Source: the human T2T-CHM13v2.0 reference genome, Homo sapiens. Taken from it: DNA of 64,000 nucleotides. How positions within the stretch are numbered: the first letter of the stretch is position 1; each line of letters begins with the position of its first letter. Of the stretch, positions 51,501 to 63,556 are shown in pieces. The translations under genes were made by a program, and so were the position numbers. The DNA lies in NCBI RefSeq assembly GCF_009914755.1, contig NC_060936.1. One strand, 5' to 3'. Below the pieces are notes generated by a model. It had not been told where the DNA came from, searched no databases, and was given only the letters and a program-made list of their open reading frames with translations.

Positions 51501-54500
51501 TTTCTACATTTGGCCTCAAAGCGCTTGAAATCTCCACCTGCAAATATCACAAAAAGAGGGTTTCACATCTGCTCTGTCTAAAGGACAGTTCACCTCTGTG
51601 AGTTGAATAGAGGCAACACAAAGAACTTACTCAGTATTCTTCTTTCTAGCGTTCTATGAAGAAATCCCGTTTCCAACGAAGGCCCCAAAGAGGTCCAAAT
51701 ATCTGCTTGCAGACTTTACAGACAGAGTGTTTCCAAACTACTCTATGAAAAGAAAGCTTAAACTCCTTGAGTTGAACGCACACATCACAAAGTAGTTTCT
51801 GAGAATGATTCTGTCTAGTTTTTATACGAAGATGTTTCCTTTTCTACATTTGGTCTCAAAGCGATTGAAATCTCCAACTGGAAACTGCACAAATAGGGTG
51901 TTTCAAATCTGCTCTGTCTAAAGGAAGGTTCAACTCTGTGAGTTGAATACACACACCACACATAAGTTACTGAGAATTCTTCTGTCGAACATTACAGGAA
52001 GAAATCCCGTTACCAACGAAGGCCGCAAAGAGGTCCAAATATCCACTTGCAGACATTACAAACAGTGTGTTTGCAAACTGCTCCATCAAAAGAAAGGTTA
52101 AACTCTGTGAGCTGAACACACACATCAAAAAGAAGTTTCTGTGAATGATTCTGTCTAGATTTTATAAGAAGATGTTTCCTTTTCTACCGTAGGCCTCAAA
52201 GCGCTTGAAATCTCCAGCTGCAAATTCCACAAAAAGGGTGTTTAACATCTGCTCTTCTAAAGGAAAGTTCAACTCTATGAGTTGAATACACACAGCACAA
52301 AGAAGTTTCTGAGACTTCTCCTATCAAACATTATATGAAGAAATCCCGTTTCCAACGAAGGCCTCAAAGAGGTCCAAATATCTGCTTGCAGACTTTACAG
52401 ACAGAGTGTTTCCAAACTGCTCCATCAAAAGAAAGGTTAAACTCCTTGAGTTGAACACACACATCACAAAGTAGTTTCTGTGAATGATTCTGTCTAGTTT
52501 TTATACGAAGATGTTTCCTTTTCTACCTTTGGTCTCAAAGCGATTGAAATCTCCACATGGAAACTCCACAAAAAGAGTGTTTCAAATCTGCTCTTTCTGA
52601 AGGAAGGTTCAACTCTGTGAGTTGAATACACACACCACAAATAAGTTACTGAGAATTCTTCTGTGTAACATTATATGAGGAAATCCCGTTTCCAACGAAG
52701 GCCTCAAAGAGGTCCAAATATCCACTTGCAGACTTTACAAAGACAGTGTCTCCAAACTCCTCCATCGAAAGAATGGTTATACTCTGTGAATTGAACGCAC
52801 ACATCACAAAGTAGTTTCTGAGAATGATTCTGTCTAGTTTTTATACGAAGATATTTCCTTTTCTACATTTGGCCTAAAAGCGCTTGAAATCTCCACCTGC
52901 AAATATCACAAAAAGAGGGTTTCACATCTGCTCTGTCTAAAGGACAGTTCACCTCTGTGAGTTGAATAGAGGCAACACAAAGAACTTACTCAGTATTCTT
53001 CTTTCTAGCGTTCTATGAAGAAATCCCGTTTCCAACGAAGGCCCCAAAGAGGTCCAAATATCTGCTTGCAGACTTTACAGAGAGAGTGTTTCCAAACTAC
53101 TCTATGAAAAGAAAGCTTAAACTCCTTGAGTTGAACGCACACATCACAAAGTAGTTTCTGAGAATGATTCTGTCTAGTTTTTATACGAAGATGTTTCCTT
53201 TTCTACATTTGGTCTCAAAGCGATTGAAATCTCCAACTGGAAACTGCACAAATAGGCTGTTTCAAATCTGCTCTGTCTAAAGGAAGGTTCAACTCTGTGA
53301 GTTGAATACACACACCACAAATAAGTTACTGAGAATTCTTCCGTCGAACATTACTTGAAGAAATCCCGTTTCCAACGAAGGCCTCAAAGAGGTCCAAATA
53401 TCCACTTGCAGACATTACAAACAGAGTGTTTCCAAAACTGCTCCATCAAAAGAAAGGTTAAACTCTGTGAGCTGAACACACACATCAAAAAGAAGTTTCT
53501 GTGAATGATTCTGTCTAGATTTTATAAGAAGATGTTTCCTTTTCTACCGTAGGCCTCAAAGCGCTTGAAATCTCCAGCTGCAAATTCCACAAAAAGGGTG
53601 TTTAACATCTGCTCTTCTAAAGGAAAGTTCAACTCTATGAGTTGAATACACACAGCACAAAGAAGTTACTGAGACTTCTCCTATCAAACATTATATGAAG
53701 AAATCCCGTTTCCAACGAAGGCCTCAAAGAGGTCCAAATATCTGCTTGCAGACTTTACAGACAGAGTGTTTCCAAACTGCTCCATCAAAAGAAAGGTTAA
53801 ACTCCTTGAGTTGAACACACACATCACAAAGTAGTTTCTGTGAATGATTCTGTCTAGTTTTTATACGAAGATGTTTCCTTTTCTACCTTTGGTCTCAAAG
53901 CGATTGAAATCTCCACATGGAAACTCCACAAAAAGAGTGTTTCAAATCTGCTCTTTCTGAAGGAAGGTTCAACTCTGTGAGTTGAATACACACACCACAA
54001 ATAAGTTACTGAGAATTCTTCTGTGTAACATTATATGAGGAAATCCCGTTTCCAACGAAGGCCTCAAAGAGGTCCAAATATCCACTTGCAGACTTTACAA
54101 AGACAGTGTCTCCAAACTCCTCCATCAAAAGAAAGGTTATACTCTGTGAATTGAACGCACACATCACAAAGTAGTTTCTGAGAATGATTCTGTCTAGTTT
54201 TTATACGAAGATATTTCCTTTTCTACATTTGGCCTAAAAGCGCTTGAAATCTCCACGTGCAAATATCACAAAAAGAGGGTTTCACATCTGCTCTGTCTAA
54301 AGGACAGTTCACCTCTGTGAGTTGAATAGAGGCAACACAAAGAACTTACTCAGTATTCTTCTTTCTAGCGTTCTATGAAGAAATCCCGTTTCCAACGAAG
54401 GCCTCAAAGAGGTCAAATATCTGCTTGCAGACTTTACAGACAGAGTGTTTCCAAACTACTCTATGAAAAGAAAGCTTAAACTCCTTGAGTTGAACGCACA

Positions 54501-55061
54501 CATTACAAAGTAGTTTCTGAGAATGATTCTGTCTAGTTTTTATACGAAGATGTTTCCTTTTCTACATTTGGTCTCAAAGCGATTGAAATCTCCAACTGGA
54601 AACTGCACAAAGAGGCTGTTTCAAATCTGCTCTGTCTAAAGGAAGGTTCAGCTCTGTGAGTTGAATACACACACCACAAATAAGTTACTGAGAATTCTTC
54701 TGTCGAACATTACAGGAAGAAATCCCGTTTCCAACGAAGGCCTCAAAGAGGTCCAAATATCCACTTGCGGACATTACAAACAGTGTGTTTCCCAACTGCT
54801 CCATCAAAAGAAAGGTTAAACTCTGTGAGCTGAACACACACATCAAAAAGAAGTTTCTGTGAATGATTCTGTCTAGATTTTATAAGAAGATGTTTCCTTT
54901 TCTACCGTAGGCCTCAAAGCGCTTGAAATCTCCAGCTGCAAATTCCACAAAAAGGGTGTTTAACATCTGCTCTTCTAAAGGAAAGTTCAACTCTATGAGT
55001 TGAATACACACAGCACAAAGAAGTTACTGAGACTTCTCCTATCAAACATTATATGAAGAAA
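45554..55061 (-). repeat. Seven canonical 8-mer HORs (mosaic of haplotypes seen upstream)
   Basis: A boxes at ~45554, 46912, 48267, 49626, 50985, 52344 and 53704. Confidence 0.87.
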
Positions 55062-56760
55062 TCCCGTTTCCAACGAAGGCCTCAAAGAGGTCCAAATATC
55101 TGCTTGCAGACTTTACAGACAGAGTGTTTCCAAACTGCTCCATCAAAAGAAAGGTTAAACTCCTTGAGTTGAACACACACATCACAAAGTAGTTTCTGTG
55201 AATGATTCTGTCTAGTTTTTATACGAAGATGTTTCCTTTTCTACCTTTGGTCTCAAAGCGATTGAAATCTCCACATGGAAACTCCACAAAAAGAGTGTTT
55301 CAAATCTGCTCTTTCTGAAGGAAGGTTCAACTCTGTGAGTTGAATACACACACCACAAATAAGTTACTGAGAATTCTTCTGTGTAACATTATATGAGGAA
55401 ATCCCGTTTCCAACGAAGGCCTCAAAGAGGTCCAAATATCCACTTGCAGACTTTACAAAGACAGTGTCTCCAAACTCCTCCATCAAAAGAAAGGTTATAC
55501 TCTGTGAATTGAACGCACACATCACAAAGTAGTTTCTGAGAATGATTCTGTCTAGTTTTTATACGAAGATATTTCCTTTTCTACATTTGGCCTAAAAGCG
55601 CTTGAAATCTCCACCTGCAAATATCACAAAAAGAGGGTTTCACATCTGCTCTGTCTAAAGGACAGTTCACCTCTGTGAGTTGAATAGAGGCAACACAAAG
55701 AACTTACTCAGTATTCTTCTTTCTAGCATTCTATGAAGAAATCCCGTTTCCAACGAAGGCCCCAAAGAGGTCCAAATATCTGCTTGCAGACTTTACAAAG
55801 ACAGTGTCTCCAAACTCCTCCGTCAAAAGAAAGGTTATACTCTGTGAATTGAACGCACACATCACAAAGTAGTTTCTGAGAATGATTGTGTCTAGTTTTT
55901 ATACGAAGATATTTCCTTTTCTACATTTGGCCTCAAAGCGCTTGAAATCTCCACCTGCAAATATCACAAAAAGAGGGTTTCACATCTGCTCTGTCTAAAG
56001 GACAGTTCACCTCTGTGAGTTGAATAGAGGCAACACAAAGAACTTACTCAGTATTCTTCTTTCTAGCGTTCTATGAAGAAATCCCGTTTCCAACGAAGGC
56101 CCCAAAGAGGTCCAAATATCTGCTTGCAGACTTTACAGACAGAGTGTTTCCAAACTACTCTATGAAAAGAAAGCTTAAACTCCTTGAGTTGAACGCACAC
56201 ATCACAAAGTAGTTTCTGAGAATGATTCTGTCTAGTTTTTATACGAAGATGTTTCCTTTTCTACATTTGGTCTCAAAGCGATTGAAATCTCCAACTGGAA
56301 ACTGCACAAATAGGGTGTTTCAAATCTGCTCTGTCTAAAGGAAGGTTCAACTCTGTGAGTTGAATACACACACCACACATAAGTTACTGAGAATTCTTCT
56401 GTCGAACATTACAGGAAGAAATCCCGTTACCAACGAAGGCCTCAAAGAGGTCCAAATATCCACTTGCAGACATTACAAACAGTGTGTTTGCAAACTGCTC
56501 CATCAAAAGAAAGGTTAAACTCTGTGAGCTGAACACACACATCAAAAAGAAGTTTCTGTGAATGATTCTGTCTAGATTTTATAAGAAGATGTTTCCTTTT
56601 CTACCGTAGGCCTCAAAGCGCTTGAAATCTCCAGCTGCAAATTCCACAAAAAGGGTGTTTAACATCTGCTCTTCTAAAGGAAAGTTCAACTCTATGAGTT
56701 GAATACACACAGCACAAAGAAGTTTCTGAGACTTCTCCTATCAAACATTATATGAAGAAA
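55062..56760 (-). repeat. 10-mer variant A-B-B'-C-D
   Basis: B' at 55742 carries the CTCCGTC marker. Confidence 0.88.
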
Positions 56761-59139
56761 TCCCGTTTCCAACGAAGGCCTCAAAGAGGTCCAAATATCT
56801 GCTTGCAGACTTTACAGACAGAGTGTTTCCAAACTGCTCCATCAAAAGAAAGGTTAAACTCCTTGCGTTGAACACACACATCACAAAGTAGTTTCTGTGA
56901 ATGATTCTGTCTAGTTTTTATACGAAGATGTTTCCTTTTCTACCTTTGGTCTGAAAGCGATTGAAATCTCCACATGGAAACTCCACAAAAAGAGTGTTTC
57001 AAATCTGCTCTTTCGGAAGGAAGGTTCAACTCTGTGAGTTGAATACACACACCACAAATAAGTTACTGAGAATTCTTCTGTGTAACATTATATGAGGAAA
57101 TCCCGTTTCCAACGAAGGCCTCAAAGAGGTCCAAATATCCACTTGCAGACTTTACAAAGACAGTGTCTCCAAACTCCTCCATCGAAAGAATGGTTATACT
57201 CTGTGAATTGAACGCACACATCACAAAGTAGTTTCTGAGAATGATTCTGTCTAGTTTTTATACGAAGATATTTCCTTTTCTACATTTGGCCTAAAAGCGC
57301 TTGAAATCTCCACCTGCAAATATCACAAAAAGAGGGTTTCACATCTGCTCTGTCTAAAGGACAGTTCACCTCTGTGAGTTGAATAGAGGCAACACAAAGA
57401 ACTTACTCAGTATTCTTCTTTCTAGCGTTCTATGAAGAAATCCCGTTTCCAACGAAGGCCCCAAAGAGGTCCAAATATCTGCTTGCAGACTTTACAGACA
57501 GAGTGTTTCCAAACTACTCTATGAAAAGAAAGCTTAAACTCCTTGAGTTGAACGCACACATCACAAAGTAGTTTCTGAGAATGATTCTGTCTAGTTTTTA
57601 TACGAAGATGTTTCCTTTTCTACATTTGGTCTCAAAGCGATTGAAATCTCCACATGGAAACTCCACAAAAAGAGTGTTTCAAATCTGCTCTTTCTGAAGG
57701 AAGGTTCAACTCTGTGAGTTGAATACACACACCACAAATAAGTTACTGAGAATTCTTCTGTGTAACATTATATGAGGAAATCCCGTTTCCAACGAAGGCC
57801 TCAAAGAGGTCCAAATATCCACTTGCAGACTTTACAAAGACAGTGTCTCCAAACTCCTCCATCAAAAGAAAGGTTATACTCTGTGAATTGAACGCACACA
57901 TCACAAAGTAGTTTCTGAGAATGATTCTGTCTAGTTTTTATACGAAGATATTTCCTTTTCTACATTTGGCCTAAAAGCGCTTGAAATCTCCACCTGCAAA
58001 TATCACAAAAAGAGGGTTTCACATCTGCTCTATCTAAAGGAGAGTTCACCTCTGTGAGTTGAATAGAGGCAACACAAAGAACTTACTCAGTATTCTTCTT
58101 TCTAGCGTTCTATGAAGAAATCCCGTTTCCAACGAAGGCCTCAAAGAGGTCCAAATATCTGCTTGCAGACTTTACAAAGACAGTGTCTCCAAACTCCTCC
58201 GTCAAAAGAAAGGTTATACTCTGTGAATTGAACGCACACATCACAAAGTAGTTTCTGAGAATGATTGTGTCTAGTTTTTATACGAAGATATTTCCTTTTC
58301 TACATTTGGCCTCAAAGCGCTTGAAATCTCCACCTGCAAATATCACAAAAAGAGGGTTTCACATCTGCTCTGTCTAAAGGACAGTTCACCTCTGTGAGTT
58401 GAATAGAGGCAACACAAAGAACTTACTCAGTATTCTTCTTTCTAGCGTTCTATGAAGAAATCTCGTTTCCAACGAAGGCCCCAAAGAGGTCCAAATATCT
58501 GCTTGCAGACTTTACAGACAGAGTGTTTCCAAACTACTCTATGAAAAGAAAGCTTAAACTCCTTGAGTTGAACGCACACATCACAAAGTAGTTTCTGAGA
58601 ATGATTCTGTCTAGTTTTTATACGAAGATGTTTCCTTTTCTACATTTGGTCTCAAAGCGATTGAAATCTCCAACTGGAAACTGCACAAATAGGGTGTTTC
58701 AAATCTGCTCTGTCTAAAGGAAGGTTCAACTCTGTGAGTTGAATACACACACCACACATAAGTTACTGAGAATTCTTCTGTCGAACATTACAGGAAGAAA
58801 TCCCGTTACCAACGAAGGCCTCAAAGAGGTCCAAATATCCACTTGCAGACATTACAAACAGTGTGTTTGCAAACTCCTCCATCAAAAGAAAGGTTAAACT
58901 CTGTGAGCTGAACACACACATCAAAAAGAAGTTTCTGTGAATGATTCTGTCTAGATTTTATAAGAAGATGTTTCCTTTTCTACCGTAGGCCTCAAAGCGC
59001 TTGAAATCTCCAGCTGCAAATTCCACAAAAAGGGTGTTTAACATCTGCTCTTCTAAAGGAAAGTTCAACTCTATGAGTTGAATACACACAGCACAAAGAA
59101 GTTTCTGAGACTTCTCCTATCAAACATTATATGAAGAAA
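56761..59139 (-). repeat. 14-mer variant A-B-[C/A chimera]-B-B'-C-D
   Basis: The dimer at 57441 starts as C (AAGCTT, TACATTTGG) and ends as A (CCACATGG...TGTAACATT). B (57781), B' (58121), C and D follow. Confidence 0.85.
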
Positions 59140-61857
59140 TCCCGTTTCCAACGAAGGCCTCAAAGAGGTCCAAATATCTGCTTGCAGACTTTACAGACAG
59201 AGTGTTTCCAAACTGCTCCATCAAAAGAAAGGTTAAACTCCTTGCGTTGAACACACACATCACAAAGTAGTTTCTGTGAATGATTCTGTCTAGTTTTTAT
59301 ACGAAGATGTTTCCTTTTCTACCTTTGGTCTCAAAGCGATTGAAATCTCCACATGGAAACTCCACAAAAAGAGTGTTTCAAATCTGCTCTTTCGGAAGGA
59401 AGGTTCAACTCTGTGAGTTGAATACACACACCACAAATAAGTTACTGAGAATTCTTCTGTGTAACATTATATGAGGAAATCCCGTTTCCAACGAAGGCCT
59501 CAAAGAGGTCCAAATATCCACTTGCAGACTTTACAAAGACAGTGTCTCCAAACTCCTCCATCGAAAGAATGGTTATACTCTGTGAATTGAACGCACACAT
59601 CACAAAGTAGTTTCTGAGAATGATTCTGTCTAGTTTTTATACGAAGATATTTCCTTTTCTACATTTGGCCTAAAAGCGCTTGAAATCTCCACCTGCAAAT
59701 ATCACAAAAAGAGGGTTTCACATCTGCTCTGTCTAAAGGACAGTTCACCTCTGTGAGTTGAATAGAGGCAACACAAAGAACTTACTCAGTATTCTTCTTT
59801 CTAGCGTTCTATGAAGAAATCCCGTTTCCAACGAAGGCCCCAAAGAGGTCCAAATATCTGCTTGCAGACTTTACAGAGAGAGTGTTTCCAAACTACTCTA
59901 TGAAAAGAAAGCTTAAACTCCTTGAGTTGAACGCACACATCACAAAGTAGTTTCTGAGAATGATTCTGTCTAGTTTTTATACGAAGATGTTTCCTTTTCT
60001 ACATTTGGTCTCAAAGCGATTGAAATCTCCAACTGGAAACTGCACAAATAGGCTGTTTCAAATCTGCTCTGTCTAAAGGAAGGTTCAACTCTGTGAGTTG
60101 AATACACACACCACAAATAAGTTACTGAGAATTCTTCCGTCGAACATTACTTGAAGAAATCCCGTTTCCAACGAAGGCCTCAAAGAGGTCCAAATATCCA
60201 CTTGCAGACATTACAAACAGAGTGTTTCCAAAACTGCTCCATCAAAAGAAAGGTTAAACTCTGTGAGCTGAACACACACATCAAAAAGAAGTTTCTGTGA
60301 ATGATTCTGTCTAGATTTTATAAGAAGATGTTTCCTTTTCTACCGTAGGCCTCAAAGCGCTTGAAATCTCCAGCTGCAAATTCCACAAAAAGGGTGTTTA
60401 ACATCTGCTCTTCTAAAGGAAAGTTCAACTCTATGAGTTGAATACACACAGCACAAAGAAGTTACTGAGACTTCTCCTATCAAACATTATATGAAGAAAT
60501 CCCGTTTCCAACGAAGGCCTCAAAGAGGTCCAAATATCTGCTTGCAGACTTTACAGACAGAGTGTTTCCAAACTGCTCCATCAAAAGAAAGGTTAAACTC
60601 CTTGAGTTGAACACACACATCACAAAGTAGTTTCTGTGAATGATTCTGTCTAGTTTTTATACGAAGATGTTTCCTTTTCTACCTTTGGTCTCAAAGCGAT
60701 TGAAATCTCCACATGGAAACTCCACAAAAAGAGTGTTTCAAATCTGCTCTTTCTGAAGGAAGGTTCAACTCTGTGAGTTGAATACACACACCACAAATAA
60801 GTTACTGAGAATTCTTCTGTGTAACATTATATGAGGAAATCCCGTTTCCAACGAAGGCCTCAAAGAGGTCCAAATATCCACTTGCAGACTTTACAAAGAC
60901 AGTGTCTCCAAACTCCTCCATCAAAAGAAAGGTTATACTCTGTGAATTGAACGCACACATCACAAAGTAGTTTCTGAGAATGATTCTGTCTAGTTTTTAT
61001 ACGAAGATATTTCCTTTTCTACATTTGGCCTAAAAGCGCTTGAAATCTCCACGTGCAAATATCACAAAAAGAGGGTTTCACATCTGCTCTGTCTAAAGGA
61101 CAGTTCACCTCTGTGAGTTGAATAGAGGCAACACAAAGAACTTACTCAGTATTCTTCTTTCTAGCGTTCTATGAAGAAATCCCGTTTCCAACGAAGGCCT
61201 CAAAGAGGTCAAATATCTGCTTGCAGACTTTACAGACAGAGTGTTTCCAAACTACTCTATGAAAAGAAAGCTTAAACTCCTTGAGTTGAACGCACACATT
61301 ACAAAGTAGTTTCTGAGAATGATTCTGTCTAGTTTTTATACGAAGATGTTTCCTTTTCTACATTTGGTCTCAAAGCGATTGAAATCTCCAACTGGAAACT
61401 GCACAAAGAGGCTGTTTCAAATCTGCTCTGTCTAAAGGAAGGTTCAGCTCTGTGAGTTGAATACACACACCACAAATAAGTTACTGAGAATTCTTCTGTC
61501 GAACATTACAGGAAGAAATCCCGTTTCCAACGAAGGCCTCAAAGAGGTCCAAATATCCACTTGCGGACATTACAAACAGTGTGTTTCCCAACTGCTCCAT
61601 CAAAAGAAAGGTTAAACTCTGTGAGCTGAACACACACATCAAAAAGAAGTTTCTGTGAATGATTCTGTCTAGATTTTATAAGAAGATGTTTCCTTTTCTA
61701 CCGTAGGCCTCAAAGCGCTTGAAATCTCCAGCTGCAAATTCCACAAAAAGGGTGTTTAACATCTGCTCTTCTAAAGGAAAGTTCAACTCTATGAGTTGAA
61801 TACACACAGCACAAAGAAGTTACTGAGACTTCTCCTATCAAACATTATATGAAGAAA

Positions 61858-63556
61858 TCCCGTTTCCAACGAAGGCCTCAAAGAGGTCCAAATATCTGCT
61901 TGCAGACTTTACAGACAGAGTGTTTCCAAACTGCTCCATCAAAAGAAAGGTTAAACTCCTTGAGTTGAACACACACATCACAAAGTAGTTTCTGTGAATG
62001 ATTCTGTCTAGTTTTTATACGAAGATGTTTCCTTTTCTACCTTTGGTCTCAAAGCGATTGAAATCTCCACATGGAAACTCCACAAAAAGAGTGTTTCAAA
62101 TCTGCTCTTTCTGAAGGAAGGTTCAACTCTGTGAGTTGAATACACACACCACAAATAAGTTACTGAGAATTCTTCTGTGTAACATTATATGAGGAAATCC
62201 CGTTTCCAACGAAGGCCTCAAAGAGGTCCAAATATCCACTTGCAGACTTTACAAAGACAGTGTCTCCAAACTCCTCCATCAAAAGAAAGGTTATACTCTG
62301 TGAATTGAACGCACACATCACAAAGTAGTTTCTGAGAATGATTCTGTCTAGTTTTTATACGAAGATATTTCCTTTTCTACATTTGGCCTAAAAGCGCTTG
62401 AAATCTCCACCTGCAAATATCACAAAAAGAGGGTTTCACATCTGCTCTGTCTAAAGGACAGTTCACCTCTGTGAGTTGAATAGAGGCAACACAAAGAACT
62501 TACTCAGTATTCTTCTTTCTAGCATTCTATGAAGAAATCCCGTTTCCAACGAAGGCCCCAAAGAGGTCCAAATATCTGCTTGCAGACTTTACAAAGACAG
62601 TGTCTCCAAACTCCTCCGTCAAAAGAAAGGTTATACTCTGTGAATTGAACGCACACATCACAAAGTAGTTTCTGAGAATGATTGTGTCTAGTTTTTATAC
62701 GAAGATATTTCCTTTTCTACATTTGGCCTCAAAGCGCTTGAAATCTCCACCTGCAAATATCACAAAAAGAGGGTTTCACATCTGCTCTGTCTAAAGGACA
62801 GTTCACCTCTGTGAGTTGAATAGAGGCAACACAAAGAACTTACTCAGTATTCTTCTTTCTAGCGTTCTATGAAGAAATCCCGTTTCCAACGAAGGCCCCA
62901 AAGAGGTCCAAATATCTGCTTGCAGACTTTACAGACAGAGTGTTTCCAAACTACTCTATGAAAAGAAAGCTTAAACTCCTTGAGTTGAACGCACACATCA
63001 CAAAGTAGTTTCTGAGAATGATTCTGTCTAGTTTTTATACGAAGATGTTTCCTTTTCTACATTTGGTCTCAAAGCGATTGAAATCTCCAACTGGAAACTG
63101 CACAAATAGGGTGTTTCAAATCTGCTCTGTCTAAAGGAAGGTTCAACTCTGTGAGTTGAATACACACACCACACATAAGTTACTGAGAATTCTTCTGTCG
63201 AACATTACAGGAAGAAATCCCGTTACCAACGAAGGCCTCAAAGAGGTCCAAATATCCACTTGCAGACATTACAAACAGTGTGTTTGCAAACTGCTCCATC
63301 AAAAGAAAGGTTAAACTCTGTGAGCTGAACACACACATCAAAAAGAAGTTTCTGTGAATGATTCTGTCTAGATTTTATAAGAAGATGTTTCCTTTTCTAC
63401 CGTAGGCCTCAAAGCGCTTGAAATCTCCAGCTGCAAATTCCACAAAAAGGGTGTTTAACATCTGCTCTTCTAAAGGAAAGTTCAACTCTATGAGTTGAAT
63501 ACACACAGCACAAAGAAGTTTCTGAGACTTCTCCTATCAAACATTATATGAAGAAA
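61858..63556 (-). repeat. 10-mer variant A-B-B'-C-D
   Basis: B' at 62538; a copy of 55062-56760 at offset 6796. Confidence 0.88.
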
